The notes under the pieces are model-generated. The model was not told the DNA's origin and ran no database searches. It was given only the letters and a program-made list of their open reading frames with translations. 64,000 bases of DNA. Source: Octopus sinensis. Lineage: Eukaryota. The stretch's first letter is position 1. Each line of letters starts with the position of its first letter. A program made the translations under genes and the position numbers. Shown here in pieces: positions 1-10,590 of this stretch. The DNA is taken from the NCBI RefSeq assembly GCF_006345805.1, contig NC_043000.1, forward strand, positions 1,984,001 through 2,048,000, written 5' to 3'.

Positions 1-663
1 TCCAACTCAACATTGTACATTAACAGTCTCCTACTGTGACTTCTAACAATACACAACACTCTTATACACTTCACACTCAACCTAAAAGCCTTATAACAAA
101 CATATGCTGAAACCACGATCAGAAATCTCGACAGTCCTTCAATAAGAACATCTTAATCAGGCATTTGCCATATCCTGAACGCCTTACTTCCCTGGGCATG
201 GACACATTGAAACTCCGACGTCTGGCAGCTGACTTGGCAGACACCCATAAAATTATCAACCATCGTACAAACAATAACTCTGAGCACCTTTTCAAACTCC
301 ACCCATCTAACACCCGTGGACATATTTACAAAGTAAGAAAACAGCACAGCTCCCATGACTTCAGGAAACATTTTTTCACGCTGAGAGTTGCTGAAGCATG
401 GAACAAACTGCCAGCATCAGTTGTTAGTTGTCGGAGCACTGCATCCTTCAAAACTTCCATGCTTCCTGAGATTCGCCAACACTACACCTGATTTTCTCCC
501 CTCCATACACACACAAGCATGAATCTGACTCATACATTGTTCGCTTTCCAGACATTTCTACATTACTGCATGTACTTTATATGCACTTTCTGACAAGTTG
601 TGGTGCACCTGAGCACTGTATACAAAAATTTCATTATTATCATTATTATTATTATTATTATTA
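1..663 (+). mobile_element. 3' end of a CR1-like LINE (ORF2 C-terminus, 3'UTR, (ATT)n tail)
   Basis: ORF 165-491 reads YPERLTSLG..LKLRRLAADL..HKI..RGHIYK..RKHFFTLRVAEAWNKLPASVV..STASFK, the typical CR1 ORF2 C-terminus. (ATT)n tail at about 631-663. Confidence 0.75.
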
Positions 664-888
664 ACTACACAAAGATTCTGTCATTACATATCAAGAAGAC
701 AGTTTTATATCTTATTCTCCAGTCGACGAATCCAAGTGTTTCCTTGTTTTTAAGAATGTTCCTGGGTTTGTTTAGTCCAGAGAAAGTTTTGTATGTTTGA
801 TCTCTACAATGTTTGGTATCCAAAGCCCCTGTATCTATATTAAACTGTGTTGAGATGGGAAGCTTGTTTGATTGATGCTGGAGCCATA

Positions 889-1262
889 GGCGCAGGAGTG
901 GCTGTGTGGTAAGTAGCTTGCTAACCGACCACATGGTTCCGGGTTCAGTTCCACTGCGTGGCATCTTGGGCAAGTGTCTTCTGCTATAGCCTCGGGCCGA
1001 CCAATGCCTTGTGAGTGGATTTGGTAGACGGAAACTGAAAGAAGCCTGTCGTATATATGTATGTGTGTCTGTGTTTGTCTCCCTAGCATTGACAACCGAT
1101 GCTGGTGTGTTTGCGTCCCCGTCACTTAGCGGTTCGGCAAAAGAGACCGATAGAATAAGTACTGGGCTTACAAAGAATAAGTCCCGGGGTCGATTTTCTC
1201 GACTGAAGGTGGTGCTCCAGCATGGCCGCAGTCAAATGACTGAAACAAGTAAAAGAGTAAAG
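889..1262 (+). mobile_element. SINE family A (tRNA head, central (TA)n(TG)n, AAAGAGT tail)
   Basis: A-box TGGCTGTGTGG, B-box GGTTCAGTTCC, CORE-like TTGGGCAAGTGTCTT, tail GAAACAAGTAAAAGAGTAAAG. Many copies in the window. Confidence 0.9.
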
Positions 1263-2599
1263 TGTATGTCATGATCTGTTCTAATGCCTTTTTTCAGTGC
1301 TAGATGGTCATATTCTAAATTTAGAATGCAAACAACTAGAATAGATACCTTCAGGCAACTCATCTGATGTTCTAGAAAGTGTGCTTAATTGATGAATAAG
1401 TCAAATAAAACCCTCCTGAGCTCACAATATCTTATCTCTCAAGGTGACCTTATAGGCATAACATTGCCAAAACTACATTACAAAGACTAAGATTTCTCTT
1501 AAAGGTCAGAAAAATAATTTGACTGATTTGTCAATTCTCACATATTTGGGATAATGCAACTTCTACACATGCAGACTTCTGAGACTGAATCCAAAAGCAG
1601 GTTCTCTGTTCGTTTGACAAAGGCTCAACCATCCACACACTACAACCACTAGCTCATAGAGGTGGTTTGTTCTTCATGCACCTTCAAGAAAGATATAGAG
1701 AATACACAAGGAAACCAGAGAAAATGATGTGTCAAACTGGATGCACCAAAGAAACAGTCCATTCAACAAAGCTACATTCAGACTCAATGATTGAAATGAA
1801 AATTGAATACAGCAATTTGGACACTGGAGATTTGACACAGTTAACTGGACACAACCTGTTTTGGTGACTATTTTTTGGCACTGGAGGTAAACACACTCAT
1901 GTATGTGTAGAAATATCCACTAACAGAGAGAGGGGAGAGAATGAGAAGTATCTGATGTAAAGTTGAATCAGCAACATCAAAACAGCTCTGCTAAAATGTT
2001 TCATACTCCTCAGTGTGGCCATAGAAGTGACTGCACACCAGGATAAGGGTGATCTGGGCTGTGCACTAACCTTTTAACAACGGGCTCCTATGAGTCCTTG
2101 GGACTGGCCAATTATTCTTGGCAACAGTCCAGGGGCTTCCAACCAAGAGAGCTTGGAGATCATGTGGTTACGCAGTTTTCATGAGTCTTATCAGACATAA
2201 ATGTCCTCTCCTCAACACCTAGAATTTGATACCTGGTGTCCTCATGGTACCACATGCTTAATAGAGGACACTGTCATTGTTGTGATGTGGACTTCTTAAC
2301 CACTGAGTCATGCTTGTTTATGTATTTTATATTTTGATTTCACTTAAGTATAGTGATACTAATAACCAGTTGTTAGAACTCAGTATTTCTTCATAGTAAT
2401 GCATCAGGAGAGTACAGAGCATATCAATTAATGAATGACAAAAGAACAGAAGTTATGTAATCACTTGCATTGGCTTCCATCTGTTTCTGCTATATGAAGC
2501 AATACACTGAGGGTTGAGTGTGCTCATACAACATCCAACAGCATCTTATCTTACTCTAGTGTCTCAGTTTTGGAATGGTTTCTATGACTGGATCATCAT

Positions 2600-3440
2600 T
2601 ATCCATCATTTTTAATCTGGGTTTTGTCCCCGCTAACAGGGGTGGCCAGATCTACCTCAATGCCATTGCAACTGCCCTCACACCATCTTGCCTAGTTTTA
2701 GGTGTCCTCCCTTCTCAAGCCAACCCTCTCAACCTCCTCCTCCATATTTTCCACAGTTTACCTTGTTTTCGCTCTCCATTTACCTCAAACTCTAGTACCC
2801 TCTTCAGAACATGCCCATACCACTGCACACCATTTGCCCTCACCAGCCGTTACACTGATTCCTCCAACTCCTGCATCCCCATCAAGTCCTCAGTCCTCCT
2901 CTTATCAAACAGCCTCACACCACACATTTCTCTCATCCTTGCTTTCTCACTCCTCAAAATTGCCATCTCTCTCTCCCTCAAATACCATGTCCCACACAAC
3001 TATAGACCCTTCCTTTCATCTTCAATGAGAACCTTTACCCATATAACAACACTCCACATTCCCTAAACTTCACCCAACCAAGTCTCGCTCTTGCTGTCAC
3101 AGCTGCTTCACATCCATCCTATCTCCCAAATAACAAAACCTCTCACCATTTCCACTTCATCACATAGAGTTTCCACTGACTTCGCCAGCCCCTCAGCTCC
3201 TTTCTCACATCTTCCACAAACAAACTCTCTTGCCAGTCTTGGGGGTCACCTTCTTCATTTCTGTACATCTACCATGAATCTATTTCTCACATCTCACACA
3301 CAACACTGCATTCGCCATCACCCTCCTCCCACATATACCACATGGGTCCACCTTACTAACACTTCTCCTTCCACCCCACTCACCATCACCTTTGTCTTCC
3401 CGAGGTTTGCCTTCAAACACCTCCTACCTAATACCTACGA
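2600..3440 (-). mobile_element. Decayed RTE-clade LINE 3' portion
   Basis: Minus strand gives WYGHVLKRVLEFEVNGERKQGKLWKIW, an RTE ORF2 C-terminus, heavily disrupted. Confidence 0.55.
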
Positions 3441-3849
3441 TTTTACAGGGTTCATCTTTTTTCATGGCATCACTACTATAGTGGTTGCTTTGTTCTCAGC
3501 AAGACAGAAGAGTCTTCTCAATTGTGTGTTGTCTCTGCTCGAAAAAGGGTGTTTTTTTCTGACACCAGCACTATTGAGACCACCTTGTAATTCAGAAAGT
3601 GGAAGAGTGTCTGCCACAAAAAGAGAGTGAAGATTTTAGGCGAGGTGTGGATAATAGTAACAGAAGATGAAGACAAAGTGAAGGAGGAGAAAGGTGTTAG
3701 AGCATGTGCTTGAAGTATTATGACCAAAAAAGTGAATAGAAGAGTGTGGTGTGATAGACCCAAAGAGAAAGGGCATAGGCTGCGAAAGCACAATCTCTTC
3801 CTTCCCATACAAGCAACATGATATGGAAGGAGGGGTACAGATAGGAGAG

Positions 3850-4122
3850 TCTTCTCAGTTCCTTCACATTCAGGGCCCACGTGTCACTGTTGTACAGTAG
3901 TGTACTTTGCACACAAGCATCATGCAATCTGCCCATGACCTTGAAAATTAAATCCTTTGTTTCTAGTAGAGATAATATGTTCCTGAACTTTTCTTCAGCC
4001 TCTTTTTATTCTGGAAACCAGTTTTGGAATACTGTTCCCATATTGCTGATTAGGTTGCCTAAACCCAGGTAGCATGAGCTATCAACTACTTTGATGGAGC
4101 CATCCAAACATTTGAGGGAATC
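3850..4122 (-). mobile_element. RTE RT C-terminal fragment
   Basis: IKVVDSSCYLG..MGRLHDACVQSTLLYNSDTWAL, homologous to LEVVDSFRYLG..GRPYDACVRTAMLHGSETWAV of the RTE at 10591-13105. Confidence 0.7.
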
Positions 4123-5309
4123 GCATACATACATGTATATATACACATATATATATGTGTGTGTGTGTGTGCGCGGGAATAGGGCTCCTGGGTAGCAAAT
4201 ACTATGAACCACCCAATGATATTTTCAATAACAGTTCACCTAAACTCTAAAGGCTCTCCAATTCAGCATTATATGTATAAATAAATGAATTTCCGTTGAA
4301 TCTAACAATGAATATTTCACAGAAAAAGTATACTTTAATGTAACACTCAAGTAGAATCAGTGCAAGCAAGGTTGACCTCTGCATAGTTTCTGTCTACTTA
4401 ATTTCACTCCCAAAACCCGAGACACACTAAGTCTATACCCAACAAAACATACAATTAGATCGAACTCGGGAACTTTCAATTACAAGGTCAACTTCCAAAC
4501 CACTCGGCCATCCCCACATTCTATTTAATTATATGTTAAAAGAAATATTTTAATAGTGCAATTTCGGAAACTAATTGATAAAACGATTAGAATGTTTACA
4601 AATTACTGTAACATAAAATCGAACGGATCAAGAGAGCATGATCTCTTGCGCCTGAGTGATGTGTAAATAATACAAGGTTTGTAACTCTTCAGTAAGTGAG
4701 GCCTAACATTAGTAAAGAAGACCATGTGCTGTTGACTGGTTTCAGTTTAAAGGTATGTCATGTCTTTTCATTCCTCCCTCTCCGTTTTAAACTTCTCCCT
4801 CTCTCAGTCATTTTTGCAGAAATATATTAATGCAGTAGTTCAGGAATTTTATTTAACGTATTCTATTGTATTTTCACTTAGTTTCATGAATGCAGTTTGT
4901 TATTATTTTTCGTCTTCCAAACGTTGTTTTTGTATATAATGTGAAAAATAAATAATACGAGAGAAGTATTTGAAGAGGAATATTGTCTTTTTTTTTGTCT
5001 CATTAAACGCAAGCGTCGTCTTTCCTAAGGACAATTATCGACATACGAAACTAGTATAATTTATGAAATACAATGAGATTTCGAACAAATTTTGAAGACA
5101 CAGATAAACAGATTGAAAGAAAGTCAGAACAACGAAATTATTTTCCAGTTGCGAAATCGAGAGAAAGGTGTGGGGTGTGAAAAGTTAAGCATAATCTATT
5201 GTTCTATTGCCTGTCCTGTATCGATACCGTCAAAGGTGACCAGATAATTGCATCAACAAAGATAACACATGAGTTGATTAGAAAATATGATGCTTTCTTT
5301 AGAGTTAAA

Positions 5310-5495
5310 CAGCGCCAGATTTAGACCCGCTGAGGCCCTAAGCAACATAAAAGCTTGGCGGCCCTTTATTAAAAGAAATTACATTCCAGGTTACGTAAAA
5401 ATTGAAGTCATAGGCTTTTAATTATTTTGAGGGCTTCTGTAGATTGTGGGGCTCTTAGTTGTAGTTTGGTTAGCTTTTGCCTATATCCGCTACTA
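5310..5495. mobile_element. Possible decayed hAT-type MITE
   Basis: Left end CAGCGCCAGATTTAG, right end CTATATCCGCTACTA (imperfect TIR). The 8-bp flanks match only partly. Confidence 0.4.
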
Positions 5496-5499
5496 GTGT

Positions 5500-6100
5500 T
5501 GTATCGAACGTTTAACCAATTCTTTAGAATTCCAACATTTTCCTATCGACTAATTTCATGGTTTAGAACAGACACACCCACTTTCTGACCAACTGGACTG
5601 GGTCACATCTCGGCCAAAAGACGGGCACTCCCTCGAAACATTTTTCTAACGCAACACGAACTTACCATATTCGGTCAATGTGTTGGACTTCTCGGGCAAC
5701 GGAGTCCAAGTAACAGTTAGGAAATCCCGTCGGAAACATTTTACTTCATGAATGAACATCACAACTTCATAGTTTTAACTCGTCTTTAGATCCGCGGTTT
5801 CGTGTCTGTTACAGGAAACCATCGGAAAGTAGAGGTAAATTCTCCGTCTGGGTTCGATTCTCAGTGTGTCCATGAACTTGCTATCAATCCCATTTTTGTT
5901 CCATTTAAAATTCTCTCCTTCCAAATAATAATTAATATTATTAGAGTTTACAGATTCCAAAGTTGTTCAAGCGGTGTTGAGGGAAAATCCTTCCCCTGTT
6001 CACAAATGGTCTTTCAACTGTTTTCCAACTTGCAAAATGCTGTCGTAAACTTTACATAAATAGATCGCCTCTAACACTAGTAAATAATATTTTCTTTCGT
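5500..6100. promoter_or_regulatory. Candidate promoter / first-exon region, possibly bidirectional
   Basis: Non-repetitive and visibly CpG-retaining relative to CpG-poor flanks. Splice donors on both strands: minus ATATG|GTAAGT at 5666/5665, plus GTAGAG|GTAAAT at 5834/5835. Confidence 0.3.
5666..5759 (-). other. Candidate first exon of an unidentified minus-strand gene
   Basis: Strong GTAAGT donor. Two open ATG frames: MFPTGFPNCYLDSVAREVQHIDRI from 5739 and MFIHEVKCFRRDFLTVTWTPLPEKSNTLTEY from 5759. No family recognised. Confidence 0.25.
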
Positions 6101-6280
6101 CTCTAGTAGACCTTTCCGTCGATTTCCGTAAAAAATCTTTTTTGTTTTACATATGGGCTTGCGGGAACTTTTGAAGTAATGAGAGCGAAAGAGACTAGGA
6201 GAAAGCGATTGTATGACGAGGGAAGTTCTTTTGAAGTTACCGTCCAGGGGAAGCATTGATGTACATGTGTGTGTGCGTGC

Positions 6281-6325
<45 letters not shown>

Positions 6326-6546
6326 ATGGGGTGTGGGAGATAGACAGTATGTTGTGTAAGTGAAGTGCTTCTGTTAGTGTGTGTGAAAAGACAGAGTAAT
6401 CTGTGAAAGAAAGAGATAACTGAAATTTTTTACTCGGTGTGTGTGTATATGTATGTATATTAATTCAAAAGTTCCCGCAAGCCCATATGTAAAAAAAAAA
6501 AAAAATTTTACGGAAATCGACGGAAAGGTCTACTAGAGACGAAAGA
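6093..6546. mobile_element. Non-autonomous TIR element (MITE) with about 80-bp inverted termini and internal (GT)n
   Basis: TCTTTCGTCTCTAGTAGACCTTTCCGTCGATTTCCGTAAAA..CATATGGGCTTGCGGGAACTTTTGAA (6093-6175) is the reverse complement of about 6464-6546. Confidence 0.75.
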
Positions 6547-7599
6547 TCGCCTTTTCGTTTATAAAAGAAATGCGTAAGTTAAAACAGCAATAATAATTTA
6601 TTTAATAATAATAACGAGAATACTAATCAAAGTCTAAATACTTTTCAGTTACTCTGTTATTCTATATTTTCTTTTATCTAATCCTTAATTTGTCTGTCTG
6701 CAATAAGTATGCTACTCTGCACTTTAGTTTTCATAGATCAGGCGTCATTAGGTACCCAGTCTCTCTCCTTATATCTGTTTTTCTTTTTTCTTTTCTATTA
6801 TCTAGCAATCCATCTCTCTTCTCTCACTTCATATTTGTTTCTTTGCCCATAAACCATTCCTCCAGTTCTCTATGGTAATTTGAGATTTGTTAGCTATAAA
6901 AAAAAGTCAGTCCAGTTGTTTAAAGGCATGACATTAGTGTTTATATTGTGTCTTGTTTCTTAGTATTTACTTATTTTCTTTGTTGGTATCAAAGATTTGT
7001 AGGCTTTAATCTCACTAAAAACTTATTACGTTACAGTAGTGACGCCTTTCTGCTAAATTCCCTTAAAATAAACAAATAAAACGACTTTGTTGTTAAGAAG
7101 TTTGGTTAGCAATATTATACTTTAGGTCTGATCCCGTTGCATGGCACATTGATCAAATGTCTTTTGCTATCACCTTGTAAATTGAATTTAGTAGTGTGGG
7201 GATGGGGGTAAAGTGAATAATTTCTGATTTCTCGTTATTTTCTCTTTGCCTGTTTCAAATCATTACATTATAAGTATTGCATCAGCATTGTGTATTGTTA
7301 CATTATATTCAAAAGTGAAAATTGGTTAGCATAATTGTTGTTGTTGAAGTCCAGAGAGTTTTGGAAATATTCAGCTGACGGGTATTTTTTCTTTTTCGAG
7401 AAATTTTTACCTCAACTTTGAACCGATTGTAATTGAAGCTGCTAATTAAATATCTGGATAATTTTTGGTATTTAACAATCAATATTCTTTTCTCTGTTGG
7501 ATTCCAAGTCAGTTCCCCCACCCACTTACTAATGTCTAATTTGATAATTTTCAGGAAAAAAAAAATGTCTAAAATGGGGTAAAATGAGTAATAATTAAT

Positions 7600-8000
7600 T
7601 TCAATAATTTCTTCTCTTTAACTGCAAGGTGCGTAAATATATCGTGAAGAGAGCCACTCTAGCAGATTATGGAGAAGCTCTAGAGAATATTCTATGTTGA
7701 GTTTTTGATTTAGTCGAATTTCGTTAATTTCATATCATGTACCATTCTTCATAATCCTTTGACTTAGATATTTAAAATTCTTGTTGCATTTTTGATTCTG
7801 ATGTCTAAGGATGGATATTGATGCGTATGAGTCTATTTCCGAATGCAATTCTGGAGTATTGAAGATGTAAATTTATCTTACCTTAGACTACTCATTTTGC
7901 CCCAGGTAAATTTGTCTTGTATATGCTCGAAGAGAACGGTGATAATTTTCTGAAACAGTGTCCTGAATATGTTATAGTGTTTTAAATGTATTTAGGGAAA
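7600..8000 (-). mobile_element. Possible highly decayed Penelope-like GIY-YIG remnant
   Basis: Frameshifted minus-strand fragments (IYLGQNE, IFSRASP) loosely resemble a PLE endonuclease. Weak. Confidence 0.2.
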
Positions 8001-8540
8001 GTCATTTGCTTAGCTGGTATAGTTTTTGTAAGGCAGTGAACATTTGTAAAAAATATTTTATTTCTCAAAGTCTAAAATGCAGTAAAAAACTTCTCATTGT
8101 GCTGCGGCCCCACTCAGAAACTATGCAGATGCCTGTGTGCGTATGTATGTAATCTGTCCGTCCGTCCCCGTGTATCTAGACAGTACTATTTATCTACGAG
8201 ATACTTAATTGAGGAGGGTGCACAGCTCTACGATTAGTGGGTGATGTGACTTTAAGACGTCGTCGTTTCTTTTTTCGTTCACTTTTCAATCCATGCATGG
8301 GTCAGATGGAATTCATTGAAACGAACTTTCTACGGTTGATTGCCCTTCCTGTTACCAACCTTCACTTGCTTCCAAGTTAAGTAATATTTGCCCCATGGCC
8401 AGACATATTTTTCCCGGAAGATTAACTTTAAATGGCATAGCTTGCATGAAACTGACGCTCGTTTACAAACATCACGTAATGTCAAGACAAGGGGCCCCTT
8501 CTCTCTCTCTCTCTTACACACGCACACTTATATGCACACA

Positions 8541-8928
8541 TGGAATGGAAGCACTCCATCGGTTACGACGACGAGGGTTCCGGTTGATCCGAATCAACGG
8601 AACAGCCTGCTCGTGAAATTAACGTGTAAGTGGCTGAGCACTCCACAGACACGTGTACCCTTAACGTAGTTCTCGGGGATATTCAGCGTGACACAGAGAG
8701 TGACAAGGCCGGCCCTTTGAAATACAGGTACAACAGAAACAGGAAGTAAGAGTGAGAGAAAGTTGTGGTGAAAGAGTACAAGGGATCACTACCATCCCCT
8801 GCCGGAGCCTCGTGGAGCTTTTAGGTGTTTTCGCTCAATAAACACTCACAACGCCCGGTCTGGGAATCGAAACCGCGATCCTATGACCGCGAGTCCGCTG
8901 CCCTAACCACTGGGCCATTGCGCCTCCA
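8541..8928 (-). mobile_element. SINE family C (tRNA-Arg-like head, TTCCA tail)
   Basis: Head TGGAGGCGCAATGGCCCAGTGGTTAGGGCAGCGGACTCGCGG..GGTTTCGATTCCC. Near-identical to 18558-18941 and 38547-38936. Confidence 0.9.
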
Positions 8929-8949
8929 CTATACACAAATACATGTATG

Positions 8950-9290
8950 TGTAGAAAGAAGTTGCTGTCCAGTCACATAGTTTTGAGTTCAGTTCCGCTG
9001 CACGGCACTTTAGGAAAGCGTCTTCTATTATGGCCTTTGGCTGGTCAAAACCTTGTAAGTAGACGTGATAGACGGAAACTGAAAGAAGCCCGTTGCTCGC
9101 GCGCTTGTTTCTATCTCCTTGCCTTTACATCGTATGATATCTGGTCATGGGGAAATATTACCTATCCTACGAACAGGTTAGTGGTGTCTACAGAAAGGAC
9201 ATCCCGCCGTAGAAAAGCCGCCTCGACAAAATTTCGTCTAACCCATGCGAGCATGGAAAAGTAGACCCTAAACCGATGTTGAAAATAAAT
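8950..9290 (+). mobile_element. SINE-A head joined to an RTE-type 3' tail (decayed)
   Basis: A-type head and core (..GACGGAAACTGAAAGAAGCCCG), then GGGGAAATATTACC..AAGGACATCC..ACCCATGCGAGCATGGAAAAGTAGAC. Confidence 0.65.
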
Positions 9291-9448
9291 ATAGATTCGT
9301 GCGTTGACGCACGAAACTCTCGGACGTTGAGTCACTCTGTTATTTCTGCAAGATATTAATAAAAACATACATATACTCATATTTTGAATTCTGTTCCTGT
9401 TTGCATCAACATAGCTGTATTTGTGTGTATGTATATATATATATTTTA

Positions 9449-9836
9449 TCATCATCATCATTATCATCATCGTTTAACGTCCGTTTTCCGCGCTAGCACG
9501 GGTTGGACGGTTCGACCGGGGTCTGGGAAGCCAGAAGGCTGCACCAGGCCCAGTCTGATCTGGCAGTGTTTCTACAGCCGGATGCCCTTCCTAACGCCAA
9601 CCACTCCATGAGTGTAGTGGGTGCTTTTTACGTGCCACCTGCACAGGTGCCAGAGGGGTCTGGCATCGGCCACGTTCGGATGGTGCTTTTTATGTGCCAC
9701 CGGCACAGAAGCCAGTCGAGGCGGAGCTGGCATCGGCCACGTTCGGATGGTGCTTTTTATGTGTCACCGTCACAGAAGCCATTCGGGCGGGGTTGGCATC
9801 GGTCACGTTCGCCCGAATGGCTTCTGTGCCGGTGAC

Positions 9837-9837
<1 letters not shown>
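9449..9837 (-). mobile_element. RTE 3'UTR-only copy with about 3 internal repeat units
   Basis: (CAT)n then CGTTTAACGTCCG..GGATGCCCTTCCTAACGCC; matches 12760-13105 in reverse. Confidence 0.9.
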
Positions 9838-9871
<34 letters not shown>

Positions 9872-10429
9872 CACACGTACTTAAACATATGCAACAGGAT
9901 CTTTTCAGTTTCCATCTACCAAATCCACTCACAAGGCTTTGGTCATCTTGAGGCTATAGTAGAAGACCTACCCTGTGGGACTGATTCTAAAACCAAATAA
10001 ATAGTTGGGGAAACTAGTTTCTTAATCGAACAGCCATGGTTATGTCAAGGGAAGCAACTCTGAAATCCAAATTGATTAAAGGTTGAATGTGGACGGGCTG
10101 TAGAGTGTGTCTAGTAAATATGGTGATAACTCTAGGCACATTTCCATGTCGTTAGAACTCTTTGGAACGCGTAGCCCTACATACACGTGGCAAACATTAG
10201 ATTGACTGAGAAATTATAGAGATTTTGAATGAGAAAATATTTATTGATTAGGCAATTAGGTAATTTAATATAACTGTGATATCTTCTGTGTGAAAATATA
10301 CATGGTTAAGTGGGAGCTTGGATACTTAATGTAGTGAGCATGATCCCTTATCCAATTTTTAATCAGTTAAATTATCCCTGTAATTAGTAAAGATCCCTTC
10401 AGTTATGAATGTCCATTGGATTGCACCAA

Positions 10430-10590
10430 GAAAGTTCTTTTCTGAGGTACAAGTCTGGGTAAGATTGTTTGTGGAAGACCTTCGTACCCATACGGTTACC
10501 AGTCTCCCCTCTCTAAACCTTTGATGTTGTCCAAAGAAAAGGCCGAGGCTGATGCAGCTTGGCACCAGTGATGTTGCAACTCATTTCTAC
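10430..10590 (-). mobile_element. SINE family D, left half (interrupted by RTE)
   Basis: Matches the intact D copy at 47928-48268 up to CAACTCATTTCTAC. Confidence 0.8.

Noticed and set aside
2575-3630. Plus-strand Ser/Leu/His-rich ORFs
   Set aside because: Antisense shadows of a purine-rich decayed RTE on the minus strand.
5775-5960. 61-aa minus ORF MESVNSNN..
   Set aside because: Non-ATG start, no recognisable family, and it ends in a stop upstream of the candidate donor.
10552-10590. Start codon of the 303-aa RT ORF
   Set aside because: The first 13 codons come from the antisense SINE-D into which the truncated RTE inserted.
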